Below are positions 30,752-38,669 of a DNA stretch of 59,907 nt, one piece after another (positions within the stretch are counted from its first letter, which is position 1; each line of letters opens with the position of its first letter). The position numbers and the translations under genes are program-made. The DNA is from a virus (lineage: Duplodnaviria > Caudoviricetes), in the IMG/VR virus record IMGVR_UViG_3300003086_000042, positions 1-59,907 of that record; one strand, 5' to 3'. The notes beneath the pieces were generated by a model. That model was given only the letters and a program-made list of their open reading frames with translations. It searched no databases and was not told the DNA's origin.

Positions 30752-30812
30752 AAAGTTTTTCTCCGTTTATTAAATTTTGTCTACTTAAATTTATCTACAT
30801 AGACAATTCACA

Positions 30813-30840
30813 ATTATACCAGACTAATTAAAATTGTCAA
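30813..30840 (-). promoter_or_regulatory. sigma70 promoter
   Basis: TTGACA-16-TATAAT. Confidence 0.75.
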
Positions 30841-30936
30841 GTTAAATTTTTCTTACGTATATGAGTAAAATTTGATGAATACATATATTTGCTCGTCGGC
30901 GCGAGCTGAAAATCGTTGACTGCTAAAGTTTTGACA

Positions 30937-31122
30937 CTAATTGCGATCATGATTGGCATTTTTTCGAAGTTTTCCGGTTAATTGGTCATATTTGCTTTGT
31001 ACATCTAAATATGCTTTTTCGGCAGCTATACGTGCCTGCTTTTCTTTACTATACATGTCGATTAGTGACTCTCCACTAATAACTCTGTCGTAAATACCTG
31101 AATTTTGTGCCATAAGTTTCAT
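30937..31122 (-). CDS. Hypothetical coiled-coil protein
   Basis: 61-aa ORF on coding strand. Confidence 0.45.
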   Translation of the reverse strand: MKLMAQNSGIYDRVISGESLIDMYSKEKQARIAAEKAYLDVQSKYDQLTGKLRKNANHDRN

Positions 31123-31432
31123 TTTCCTGTAATATCCTCTCTAAGTAACTCTTTACACATTTCTTCAGCAGATTCCGCAACTGCGAAAGCAGTAACATTA
31201 TCTTTAGTTAATCTTTGTATCTGTTTTAGTAATGTTTCTATACCTTTTATCTTAATTTTACATTCTTCAAATGTATGCATACCAATTCCCCTCTTTATTT
31301 TATTTTATTTTTTCCATAACTTACTCCATACTTCTTTGCACCAATATCCTCTATCTTTTTGTGTTAAGTAAACTGCAAAAACAATTATACTCGCTAATAG
31401 TATATTTTCTATCATATATTTCTCCTTAATTG

Positions 31433-31456
31433 AAAAAGGGGCTTTAACGGCCCCTT
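31433..31456 (-). terminator. Intrinsic terminator
   Basis: AAGGGGC-CGTTAAA-GCCCCTTTTT. Confidence 0.8.
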
Positions 31457-31469
31457 CTTTGTTTACTAT

Positions 31470-31883
31470 TTAGTGATTATAAGCTACTGCAACAAAGTCT
31501 TTATCAGTCTCATTGAAGTAGTACTTGTTTTTCGCATCAACGTAACCTTTAGCATAAGCATCTGCTTGCCCTTTAGCGTAAGCGTCTGCTTGTCCATCAA
31601 ATTTACCTTCAGCTTTACCAGAAGCTTGGTTATCGATCTTGTTCTTAGTATTAAAGTTGAAACCGAAGTCTGTGTCATTTACCCAGTTGCTAGCACCGTT
31701 AAATGGACCCCAATTACTCATACCGTTGAATGGACCTAAGTCAGAACCTGACTCAAAAGGACCCCAGTTAGAGCCTGAGTCAAAAGGACCCCAGTTACTA
31801 TTGTTGTTGTCGCCAAAGAAACCAGCGTTAGCAGTTAAAGCAGTTGTTAAAAGAAGTGTTGCGATTGTAATTGATTTTTTCAT
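31470..31883 (-). CDS. Secreted NWGPF-repeat protein, candidate sulfur globule envelope protein
   Basis: Sec signal ending ANA, five 8-aa (S)NWGPF repeats, DFGFNF, GQADAYAK repeats. Confidence 0.55.
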   Translation of the reverse strand: MKKSITIATLLLTTALTANAGFFGDNNNSNWGPFDSGSNWGPFESGSDLGPFNGMSNWGPFNGASNWVNDTDFGFNFNTKNKIDNQASGKAEGKFDGQADAYAKGQADAYAKGYVDAKNKYYFNETDKDFVAVAYNH

Positions 31884-32033
31884 TATATTTTCTCCTCAGA
31901 AAGTTTTGGTGTATCATAAGTTAGTCGTTTTATTAGAGAGGTCGATCCTTTCCTCTTTAGCTATATTAGTCGCGCGCTAATACAGTTTTCAGAATTTTAT
32001 TAGTATAAATACTCTTTAGAATACTTATACTAA

Positions 32034-32055
32034 TAAGGGGCTTTTACACCCCTTA
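32034..32055 (-). terminator. Hairpin after porin-like gene
   Basis: TAAGGGG...CCCCTTA stem. Confidence 0.55.
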
Positions 32056-32059
32056 GGGT

Positions 32060-32916
32060 TTAGAACGTTACAGTAATACTTGCACCAATCACACCATCAG
32101 TGTTCTCAGTTTTAGTATATGTATATTCCATAGCACCGCGCTCTATTTCAGCTACATAGGTGTTAAGGTCATTCTTATCGATATACTTACCAGTTACCAT
32201 ACCCATTGAAGTATTAGTCGATAGTACTACACCAGCAATAGTTTTGCCATTTTGTGCGTCTGAGATATCACCAAGAATACCGTCATCTTGAGTAATACCA
32301 GCAGTATCCTCTACATCAATCACAACTGCAGTTATATCAAATACTTTAACACCTGCTACACCTAAGCCTGCATTTACAGAGACACCAGTATTTGTACCAG
32401 TTGCAGTCTTTTGACGCTCAAGGTTTATATCAAAGCCAAGCATATTAGTAGTAGCTGATACAAATCTATCAGAACTAGCCATATCTTGCACTCTAAAGTT
32501 AGTTCCAGCTAGTGCCCCACTAAAATCTAGAGCAGCGTTAGCATCCCCAGATACTTGACTTACAGCAACTCCAAATCCTCCAAGACTTGTAGAAACTTTC
32601 AGCTTGTTAGCAGCAGTTGATTCGGATTGTAAAAGTCCTTTACCTTTTTGACCTTTGAATAATCCACCTTTAAAATCTAATCCTTCGATTTAGTACTAGT
32701 AACTGCAGCTCCACCCGCTATATCTTCAAATGTAGCAGTAACGCTTGTGCCTTCTGATACTGTACCTACTAATTTTAAATCTAAGTCTTGAGCATACGTT
32801 GCTCCACCCGGGTTACCTTCAGTAAATGTACCCTCATAGTTACCACTAATTTCGACACCAGCTATAGCTGCCGTCATTGTTGTTGCCGTTAAAACAGCAA
32901 TTAAGTTCTTGTTCAT
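32060..32916 (-). pseudogene. Porin-like outer-membrane beta-barrel protein, frameshifted near 32690
   Basis: Signal peptide ORF 32677..32916 continues in another frame (IEGLDFKGG...) without stops to 32060, ending in C-terminal Phe (ITVTF). Confidence 0.7.
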
Positions 32917-32968
32917 ATTTTCCTGTATTATAGTTAAACAAAATAAAATACGTCATTATACTAGACGT

Positions 32969-32992
32969 AAAAAATAGGCGGTTTAGCGCCTA
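32969..32992 (-). terminator. Intrinsic terminator
   Basis: TAGGCG-CTAAAC-CGCCTATTTTTT. Confidence 0.75.
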
Positions 32993-33024
32993 GTATTAGT
33001 AGGTTACTCCCACTAATTAGGTTA

Positions 33025-33294
33025 CTACTTAATTTCTGTTTTAAGAAATGAAGCAGTTAAATTTATTACAAAGTGTTTTTGCAAATATGGAAATATTATA
33101 GGAAACATCAATACCGGTATAAATATACAGACAAGGAAGAACCATACTATACTACCAACAAAAGGCCTTCTACTAACAATATTTTCTTCTTCCATACGTC
33201 TGGTTAAACAGACAGCGGGTAGAAATATATTGTATATAGATAGTAAAGAACCTGATATCGCAAAAACTACATAATATTGTAGCCATTCAGTCAT
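33025..33294 (-). CDS. Membrane protein
   Basis: Two hydrophobic helices. Confidence 0.6.
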   Translation of the reverse strand: MTEWLQYYVVFAISGSLLSIYNIFLPAVCLTRRMEEENIVSRRPFVGSIVWFFLVCIFIPVLMFPIIFPYLQKHFVINLTASFLKTEIK

Positions 33295-33465
33295 TATTTA
33301 AATTCACTATTTTAAAGATTAATATGATAGCCACTTAGTGGCCTCTAACTCTAACAGTTATATTTAGTAACATTAATAGTATATTTAAACTTTTACTTGA
33401 CGTTTATATACATACCTGTGTTCAATAAAACCTATCTCGAATACTATATTCTCAATTATTTTATA

Positions 33466-33494
33466 ATGATAACACACTTATACATAAATGTCAA
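33466..33494 (-). promoter_or_regulatory. sigma70 promoter
   Basis: TTGACA-17-TATCAT. Confidence 0.65.
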
Positions 33495-33549
33495 GTCTTA
33501 TTTTTGCTAGGTCTACTATTTATTCAGACCCAGCATACTTATTTTATAA

Positions 33550-33738
33550 TTACGCCTCTTTTATATTATCTGTGTTTATTAATGGTTGTTCCCCATCTGT
33601 TGATAATGCGAACTCTAAGCTATGAATTATCTGAATAATACTTGCTAATTCTGTTGATATATCTTCCTTAGCTTGGTACAGTTCTAACATTCTAAGTTTT
33701 TGCTTAGTAATTTGCTCCTCTACTTTACTAGTATCCAT
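33550..33738 (-). CDS. Hypothetical coiled-coil protein
   Basis: TAATG coupling to upstream DsrC-like gene. Confidence 0.55.
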   Translation of the reverse strand: MDTSKVEEQITKQKLRMLELYQAKEDISTELASIIQIIHSLEFALSTDGEQPLINTDNIKEA

Positions 33739-34025
33739 TATACACACCCCGTTGGTTGAGGCATACCACCATACTTAGTAATAGGCTTCATTGGACCAGT
33801 TAACCACTCTTTAAATAAGGTTTTCTTATCAATTCCAACCACTTTAGCAAACGTTCTGATTGGTGGTACTGATGAGTTCTCTGAAAAGTAATCTCTTGCT
33901 GCAAGAATTTGAACTACCATACTAGCAGTTAATTCTAAATCATCTTCTTTTGCCATCTCGTGCATAACTTCTTCAGACCAAATAGTTGGGTCTTCTAAAT
34001 ACCCATTTCCAGTTCTATCTAACAT
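33738..34025 (-). CDS. DsrC/TusE-family sulfur relay protein with a single C-terminal Cys
   Basis: GYL.DP..WSEEV...MA..D.LELT, PPIR, GPMK.....GGMPQPTGCV; lacks CysB. Confidence 0.88.
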   Translation of the reverse strand: MLDRTGNGYLEDPTIWSEEVMHEMAKEDDLELTASMVVQILAARDYFSENSSVPPIRTFAKVVGIDKKTLFKEWLTGPMKPITKYGGMPQPTGCV

Positions 34026-34028
34026 AAT

Positions 34029-34334
34029 TTAACCCCTTAATTTGTCTAACTCTTCTGCACTTTTCGTACGTTCTTTATAACCACCTCTATCTGATACGGA
34101 TTTAGTATCATATTTACGATTCAAAGGATTATCCACTAATGACTGTTCATAGGTTCCGCCAAAGGCAGGCCGACTAGAAGCTGCTTCCTCTCGTGTCATT
34201 GGTGTACTACTGTAAGCATGTACTCTCATACCTTTATCATTTGTATATAAATTCTCGTTCATTCCTTCTTCAAACATTGTTCTATCTCCCTTAGATTTCT
34301 CTTCTTCGTTACTCACGAATTTTAACATAAACAT
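34029..34334 (-). CDS. Hypothetical protein
   Basis: TAATG coupling, coding strand. Confidence 0.55.
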   Translation of the reverse strand: MFMLKFVSNEEEKSKGDRTMFEEGMNENLYTNDKGMRVHAYSSTPMTREEAASSRPAFGGTYEQSLVDNPLNRKYDTKSVSDRGGYKERTKSAEELDKLRG

Positions 34335-34621
34335 TATCTGTAATATCTGCTATAACCAACCCAATAATCTTTAGTGTACTGTTTAGTATTAGCACTATAA
34401 TGATTATATCCAGTAGGTATATGAGTATACCTATAGTTATTATTATCAAATTCGTCTACAAAATTACTTGCTTCTTTAATAAACCATCTTGGTTCCATAA
34501 AGGAATATGGATTAAATCCAAATATACCTCTATCACTACCATAATAGTTATTCCCAAAAAATCCTGCTGATGCATTACCCATTGTTACAGCTAAAGCTGC
34601 TGCTAATATTACTTTTTTCAT
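34334..34621 (-). CDS. Secreted Tyr/Asn/Gly-rich protein, candidate sulfur globule protein
   Basis: Signal peptide ASA|GFFGNN; FNPY...EPRWF..E..NFVDEFD; Tyr-rich tail. Confidence 0.5.
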   Translation of the reverse strand: MKKVILAAALAVTMGNASAGFFGNNYYGSDRGIFGFNPYSFMEPRWFIKEASNFVDEFDNNNYRYTHIPTGYNHYSANTKQYTKDYWVGYSRYYR

Positions 34622-34651
34622 TATCTTCTCTTCTCTGTTGTTAAAATTGTG

Positions 34652-34728
34652 TGGTGGGCCTACTTGGACTTGAACCAAGGACCAATCGATTATGAGTCGA
34701 TTGCTCTAACCAGCTGAGCTATAGGCCC
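34652..34728 (-). tRNA. tRNA-Ile2 (CAT, lysidine type)
   Basis: GGGCCTATAGCTCAGCTGGTTAGAGCAATCGACTCATAATCGATTGGTCCTTGGTTCAAGTCCAAGTAGGCCCACCA; GACTCATAATC arm resembles Ile2 rather than Met. Confidence 0.9.
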
Positions 34729-35525
34729 TTAAAAGGATTTAGTATCTGGTCCAACGTTACGCTATCATCACCTACTTTACTTTGTGATATTAACTTCTCT
34801 ATACCCGACAAAAACTTTATCCTAGAGTCTATAGCCTTTACAGCATATTTTTCTGACTCTACTATTTTTTGCGGGTCTCCTTCGCATAATGATTCTAATA
34901 ATCTTTGTGCTGCTGGGCCATGTTCATCTCCGTCTAACTCTATATGTCTTTCTAGATAGTACTTAAACCTAGGAGCTTCCAATTGTGTTCGTTTAAGAAC
35001 AGATGAAAACATAGTAGGTATAACGTTCTCTCTACCATGTAAGAACGTTGCCGCTATTACATGGGATTTTTTGGTATTTATAAACTCAAAAGTGCTAACG
35101 AGAAACTCGTATGCTACTTTATCTTTTCTTTCCAATACTGCCATAGCAAATCCAAGTCCATCGGTTCTGATATGTCGTATAAATCTGTCTATATTAGAAG
35201 TATCGGCCCCAATTTCATACATACCTTGTAAGTATAAATCAAAATGTGACACTCTACCTGTACCTCCCATAGCAACATCAGATTCCTCATATAAAACTAT
35301 TTCATTTATTAGGCCTGCTGTGTTATCTTTGGTACTTTTTATTGGCATCCATAGATCAGTTGAGGGACATATATGGTTCTGTAGTGACTTAACTAAAGAC
35401 ATGAAGTCCCATACTGCGAATACGTGCGTCTCCATGAATATTTTTAGACTCGGTAAGTCTAAGCTATTTTTATTTGATAATAAACTATGCTCATATAGTT
35501 CTTTAGTTTTACTCTCTACACTCAT
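34719..35525 (-). CDS. DUF3050 heme-oxygenase-like diiron protein
   Basis: FMETHVFAVWDFMSLVKSLQ, INEIVL.EESD, SHFDLYL..M, YYLERHIELDGDEHGP. Confidence 0.85.
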   Translation of the reverse strand: MSVESKTKELYEHSLLSNKNSLDLPSLKIFMETHVFAVWDFMSLVKSLQNHICPSTDLWMPIKSTKDNTAGLINEIVLYEESDVAMGGTGRVSHFDLYLQGMYEIGADTSNIDRFIRHIRTDGLGFAMAVLERKDKVAYEFLVSTFEFINTKKSHVIAATFLHGRENVIPTMFSSVLKRTQLEAPRFKYYLERHIELDGDEHGPAAQRLLESLCEGDPQKIVESEKYAVKAIDSRIKFLSGIEKLISQSKVGDDSVTLDQILNPFKGL

Positions 35526-35540
35526 TATCTCTACTCAGGT

Positions 35541-35614
35541 TGGAGCGGATAGTCAGAATCGAACTGACCTTCATGGGTTGGAAACCCATTGTATTACCGA
35601 TATACGATACCCGC
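35541..35614 (-). tRNA. tRNA-Gly (TCC)
   Basis: GCGGGTATCGTATATCGGTAATACAATGGGTTTCCAACCCATGAAGGTCAGTTCGATTCTGACTATCCGCTCCA. Confidence 0.93.
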
Positions 35615-35621
35615 AAAATAA

Positions 35622-35868
35622 AGCGAACTAAGCTAATCCCGCCAAACTCTTAGTTCATGGGCTCTCCACTCACACTAGGTGGGGAGGTTGTAGAGCCCTT
35701 TCCCTTAACAGTGTCCTTCTATTTTATTCCCCGAAGGACAGGGGAGTATACTATGCTACCTCGGCTTTAAGAGCGTTAAAGCTCACCATGATAATACCTA
35801 TGAGAAGACTAAATCTCTAGGAATTAGGAATTATAAAGGCCCCGGACTTCCCTAGTAGCTAGGATAGG
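35622..35868 (-). ncRNA. Candidate structured ncRNA(s) of unknown family
   Basis: ORF-free; several hairpins and an H-type pseudoknot at 35712-35745. Confidence 0.5.
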
Positions 35869-35871
35869 TGG

Positions 35872-36066
35872 TCAACCTGATTTTTCTGCCATAGTATAAA
35901 CTAAATCATCATTCAAGAACTGGAATGAATCAATTAAACTACCATCTCTTTCCCATACGTCAATAATAATACCACTATTGCACGAACTTTCTCTAACCTC
36001 TACGGAATAGTGGTCAGTATTTAACACGGATCTATTCTCTTCTAAATTTGTTGTTTCTATTTTCAT
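35872..36066 (-). CDS. Hypothetical protein
   Basis: ATG just downstream of promoter (near-leaderless). Confidence 0.5.
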   Translation of the reverse strand: MKIETTNLEENRSVLNTDHYSVEVRESSCNSGIIIDVWERDGSLIDSFQFLNDDLVYTMAEKSG

Positions 36067-36073
36067 TGTGTAT

Positions 36074-36102
36074 ATTATACAGTGAAATGACCAAAATGTC
36101 AA
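36074..36102 (-). promoter_or_regulatory. sigma70 promoter
   Basis: TTGACA-17-TATAAT. Confidence 0.85.
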
Positions 36103-36244
36103 GTATTATTTTCTGTTACCTGCTTTAAAAATACTTCTGATATTTTCTTTACTAGGGTTCTGTTGTTGAAACCTCTTAGTAGCATCCTCTTTACTTGATG
36201 CTTTAATAACATAAGCCTTCTCTTTGACAGTGTAAACTATCCAG

Positions 36245-36505
36245 TCAGTCAGCATCGTCCCCTACTTCATCGTCTGGGAACTCATTTGGGCCAAGTTTAC
36301 CGAACTCTGCGTTTTCATCTTCTTCACTCCTACCGCACCAGTTACATTCTTCTCCTTCGCCTATAGACATCACGGTACACTCTACTCTACATCTGTGAAC
36401 CCACATCATACTGTTCTCCTTCTTATATTCTATGCAATCCCCATAACTGGGGTAAATTGGGCAAGATACATCGGCTTTACTACATGTGTCACACAAATAT
36501 ACCAT
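36245..36505 (-). CDS. Cys-rich hypothetical protein
   Basis: CDTC...C...C and HRC...C...CNWC. Confidence 0.55.
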   Translation of the reverse strand: MVYLCDTCSKADVSCPIYPSYGDCIEYKKENSMMWVHRCRVECTVMSIGEGEECNWCGRSEEDENAEFGKLGPNEFPDDEVGDDAD

Positions 36506-36782
36506 ATAGTTTTCCCTCTAAATCATATGCCTCTTCTTCTGATACTTTCTGTCCTGTTGAGTACTGTCTTACGTGTACCATCTCATGACAGAGAGTAATC
36601 ATTTTGTCAGTTAAAGATAAACTTTCATTTATCTCTATGTCGTACAACTCATCTCCATCTACACACCATCCATCCACATCTAATTTCTCATAGTGAATAT
36701 CTACACCTACCTTTTTGCCGAGGTTGAGCTCTTTGTAGCAAAATTCGGCAAGCTCGGTAAGTTCTGGTGGAGCATAAATCAT
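36489..36782 (-). CDS. HEXXH zinc metallopeptidase-like protein
   Basis: TLCHEMVHVRQY...EEEAY. Confidence 0.7.
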   Translation of the reverse strand: MIYAPPELTELAEFCYKELNLGKKVGVDIHYEKLDVDGWCVDGDELYDIEINESLSLTDKMITLCHEMVHVRQYSTGQKVSEEEAYDLEGKLYGIFV

Positions 36783-37086
36783 ATAAGTTCCTTATTAAAA
36801 TGCCTCTTTAAAGAGGCTTACTGTTCATCTTCTAAATCTAAAAGTATATCTATGTTTTCTTCTTCCTTAACCCATTCTAATGTTCCTAGAACTCCGTCTT
36901 TAAAACCTGATTTGTATGAAAAGTATACTGCTCCACTGAGTAAAGCAGTATAGGCAACTGCCATATACATATAGTATTCTATTATAGTCATTTAATTAAC
37001 CCATAAATAGTGAGAAGAACAGCAGTACTATAACGATAAATACCAAAACATGCATATCTCTTTCTCCGTTAGGCCTAAGCCCCCTG

Positions 37087-37443
37087 CTACGTATTGAAAG
37101 CTAATCTCACTTCCTCTGCTGATAAAAGAACACCCCTATCTAAATCCTCATTGATTAACAACTCAGCCCAAGATGGTATACTGTCAACTGTTTGAAGTAT
37201 ATCAACTAAAACTAACACATCTATAAGTCTCCCTAGAGGAGTGTTTGGTGTGTATAGAATAACATTATCAGCACTACGTTTACTCAACATAAGTCCTAAT
37301 TGTTTGCTATAACTATTTTTTGGTGAACAAAAAGATACTCCCCACTCAATGTGGTTCATGCCTATGTCCACTAGTCGGGTATATACTGTTACTACACCCT
37401 TGCCATTATGGCCAATTCTCCTAACTTTCTCCCCCGGCTTCAT
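37087..37443 (-). CDS. Hypothetical protein
   Basis: 118-aa ORF on coding strand. Confidence 0.55.
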   Translation of the reverse strand: MKPGEKVRRIGHNGKGVVTVYTRLVDIGMNHIEWGVSFCSPKNSYSKQLGLMLSKRSADNVILYTPNTPLGRLIDVLVLVDILQTVDSIPSWAELLINEDLDRGVLLSAEEVRLAFNT

Positions 37444-37615
37444 CTGTCCATCCCAGTTGTTTGTCTTTTAACTTAAAAGACTGAATAACGGTTAAATCAT
37501 GGGCAGGCGTACTTGCTGTATCAGAGTCTGATACCTCTATTTGAGCCACGATTGAATCTTCCAAGTCGAACCACTTTTCGTAGTCGCTTGATATAACCAC
37601 ACTCTTTGTCGTCAT
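37421..37615 (-). CDS. Hypothetical protein
   Basis: RBS AAGGA; downstream of promoter. Confidence 0.55.
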   Translation of the reverse strand: MTTKSVVISSDYEKWFDLEDSIVAQIEVSDSDTASTPAHDLTVIQSFKLKDKQLGWTDEAGGES

Positions 37616-37650
37616 ATTTTTTCCTTAAATTTATATTTTATAAAGTGTAT

Positions 37651-37679
37651 ATTATACACGTTTTTGGGCAACTTGTCAA
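37651..37679 (-). promoter_or_regulatory. sigma70 promoter
   Basis: TTGACA-17-TATAAT. Confidence 0.85.
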
Positions 37680-37687
37680 GTATTATT

Positions 37688-38020
37688 TTAACCGTTCGTC
37701 CATTTAGCTTTTTTACTTTTTGTCTCTGGGTCTATATAGTCTTTAATACGAGTTCTAATAGCTCCCTCTGATCTGGTGGTTCCCACTTCCTTGGTTAGTT
37801 GTTCTATTATACCTTTTACAGAAATTCCATCCCTAAAGTATAACCTTTTAACCATGTTTTGTTCTTTCTCAGTCCAAGCAGTATAACTCCTTTTACCTTC
37901 TTTCTCTGGAAGCTCCCCTCTCTTATATAGCGTCATTATTATTTCTGATAGGTTATTCCTATCACTCATTAAATAGTCAGTTAGTTGGGCTTTATCCATT
38001 TCGAACCATTTTCTTCTCAT
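37688..38020 (-). CDS. Myb/HTH-like DNA-binding protein
   Basis: AWTEKE...V..LY...G.....I...L......RSEGAIRTRI. Confidence 0.65.
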   Translation of the reverse strand: MRRKWFEMDKAQLTDYLMSDRNNLSEIIMTLYKRGELPEKEGKRSYTAWTEKEQNMVKRLYFRDGISVKGIIEQLTKEVGTTRSEGAIRTRIKDYIDPETKSKKAKWTNG

Positions 38021-38280
38021 TCTCGTCTCCCACGTTGTAATTAGGTGATAGTAATTTATGTTATTAGGGACTATCAGAACCTCACCAGGTGCATGCTAGG
38101 TGGCTTTCTTTGTCTTGTACGTAGACTTGCTTACAGGAGTTTTCGGCAGTTTCCCCTCTTCTTGTATTGATGGAGGGTGATTGTTGATTAAGGCACACCC
38201 TGCCTGAAGCCTGTTAACTATACCGGTCCTGGTGTAGTTAATGAACAAATTTTGGGTCGGGCATATTCAATCCTCAGCTC

Positions 38281-38522
38281 ACTTTTGTTATAAGGCTGTA
38301 GTCACCTCAAACCACTGCTAGGCAGCGATTGCGTATACGTTATCATTTGCGTTTACTTTTAGTTGTGTTTAAGAGTTTCTTCTCTAACGCCTAATATCTT
38401 CTGTTACCTAGTCGAACACTATATCACCCCCATCAGAAGTACACTACACAATGTACTTTTGGTGGAGGTGGGCGGTACTGCCCCGCCGTCCTAAATAACT
38501 CCAATGAAAAGGTTTACGTCGT
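38281..38522 (-). ncRNA. ssrA: Circularly permuted two-piece tmRNA
   Basis: Acceptor piece ends GGCGG-GGCAGTA-CCGCC-CACCTCC-A-CCA (CCA end 38460), 28-nt spacer, coding piece starts GGGGGTG (38431; G3-U70 pair), tag ANDNVYAIAA-stop at 38350-38318; outer ends approximate. Confidence 0.92.
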
Positions 38523-38669
38523 TCTATTTAGGGAGAACACCGAGCTCGGTGTGTGGGAGGTGAGCTGGATGCTCTCTCTAAATAAAAATGGCAGGCTTAA
38601 TACCCCAGCATATCCACTCTCAAACGCCTTAGCTCGAGTGACTTCGCTACCTGCCGGTGGGGGCTTCTT

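Noticed and set aside
31950-31995. Similarity to SAM-II/SAM-V riboswitch (ACTGTATT...AGCGCG...ATAGCTAAA)
   Set aside because: Lacks the P1 5' strand and the UUU element; a simple hairpin explains it
33300-33550. AT-rich gap with GCCACTTAGTGGC palindrome as possible origin
   Set aside because: No iterons; largely explained by a promoter and leader
34622-34678. N-terminal extension of ORF 34334..34678
   Set aside because: It runs into tRNA-Ile2; the signal peptide starts at 34621
35838-35856. TAGGGAAGTCCGG resembling RNase P RNA GAGGAAAGUCC
   Set aside because: No matching 3' P4 element (ACA.AA.CCGGCUUA) and the GAGGAAAG is imperfect
38046-38086. preQ1-I-like GAGGTTC...CCCT followed by A-rich tail
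   Set aside because: P1 is only 3 bp and the downstream gene is unrelated to queuosine
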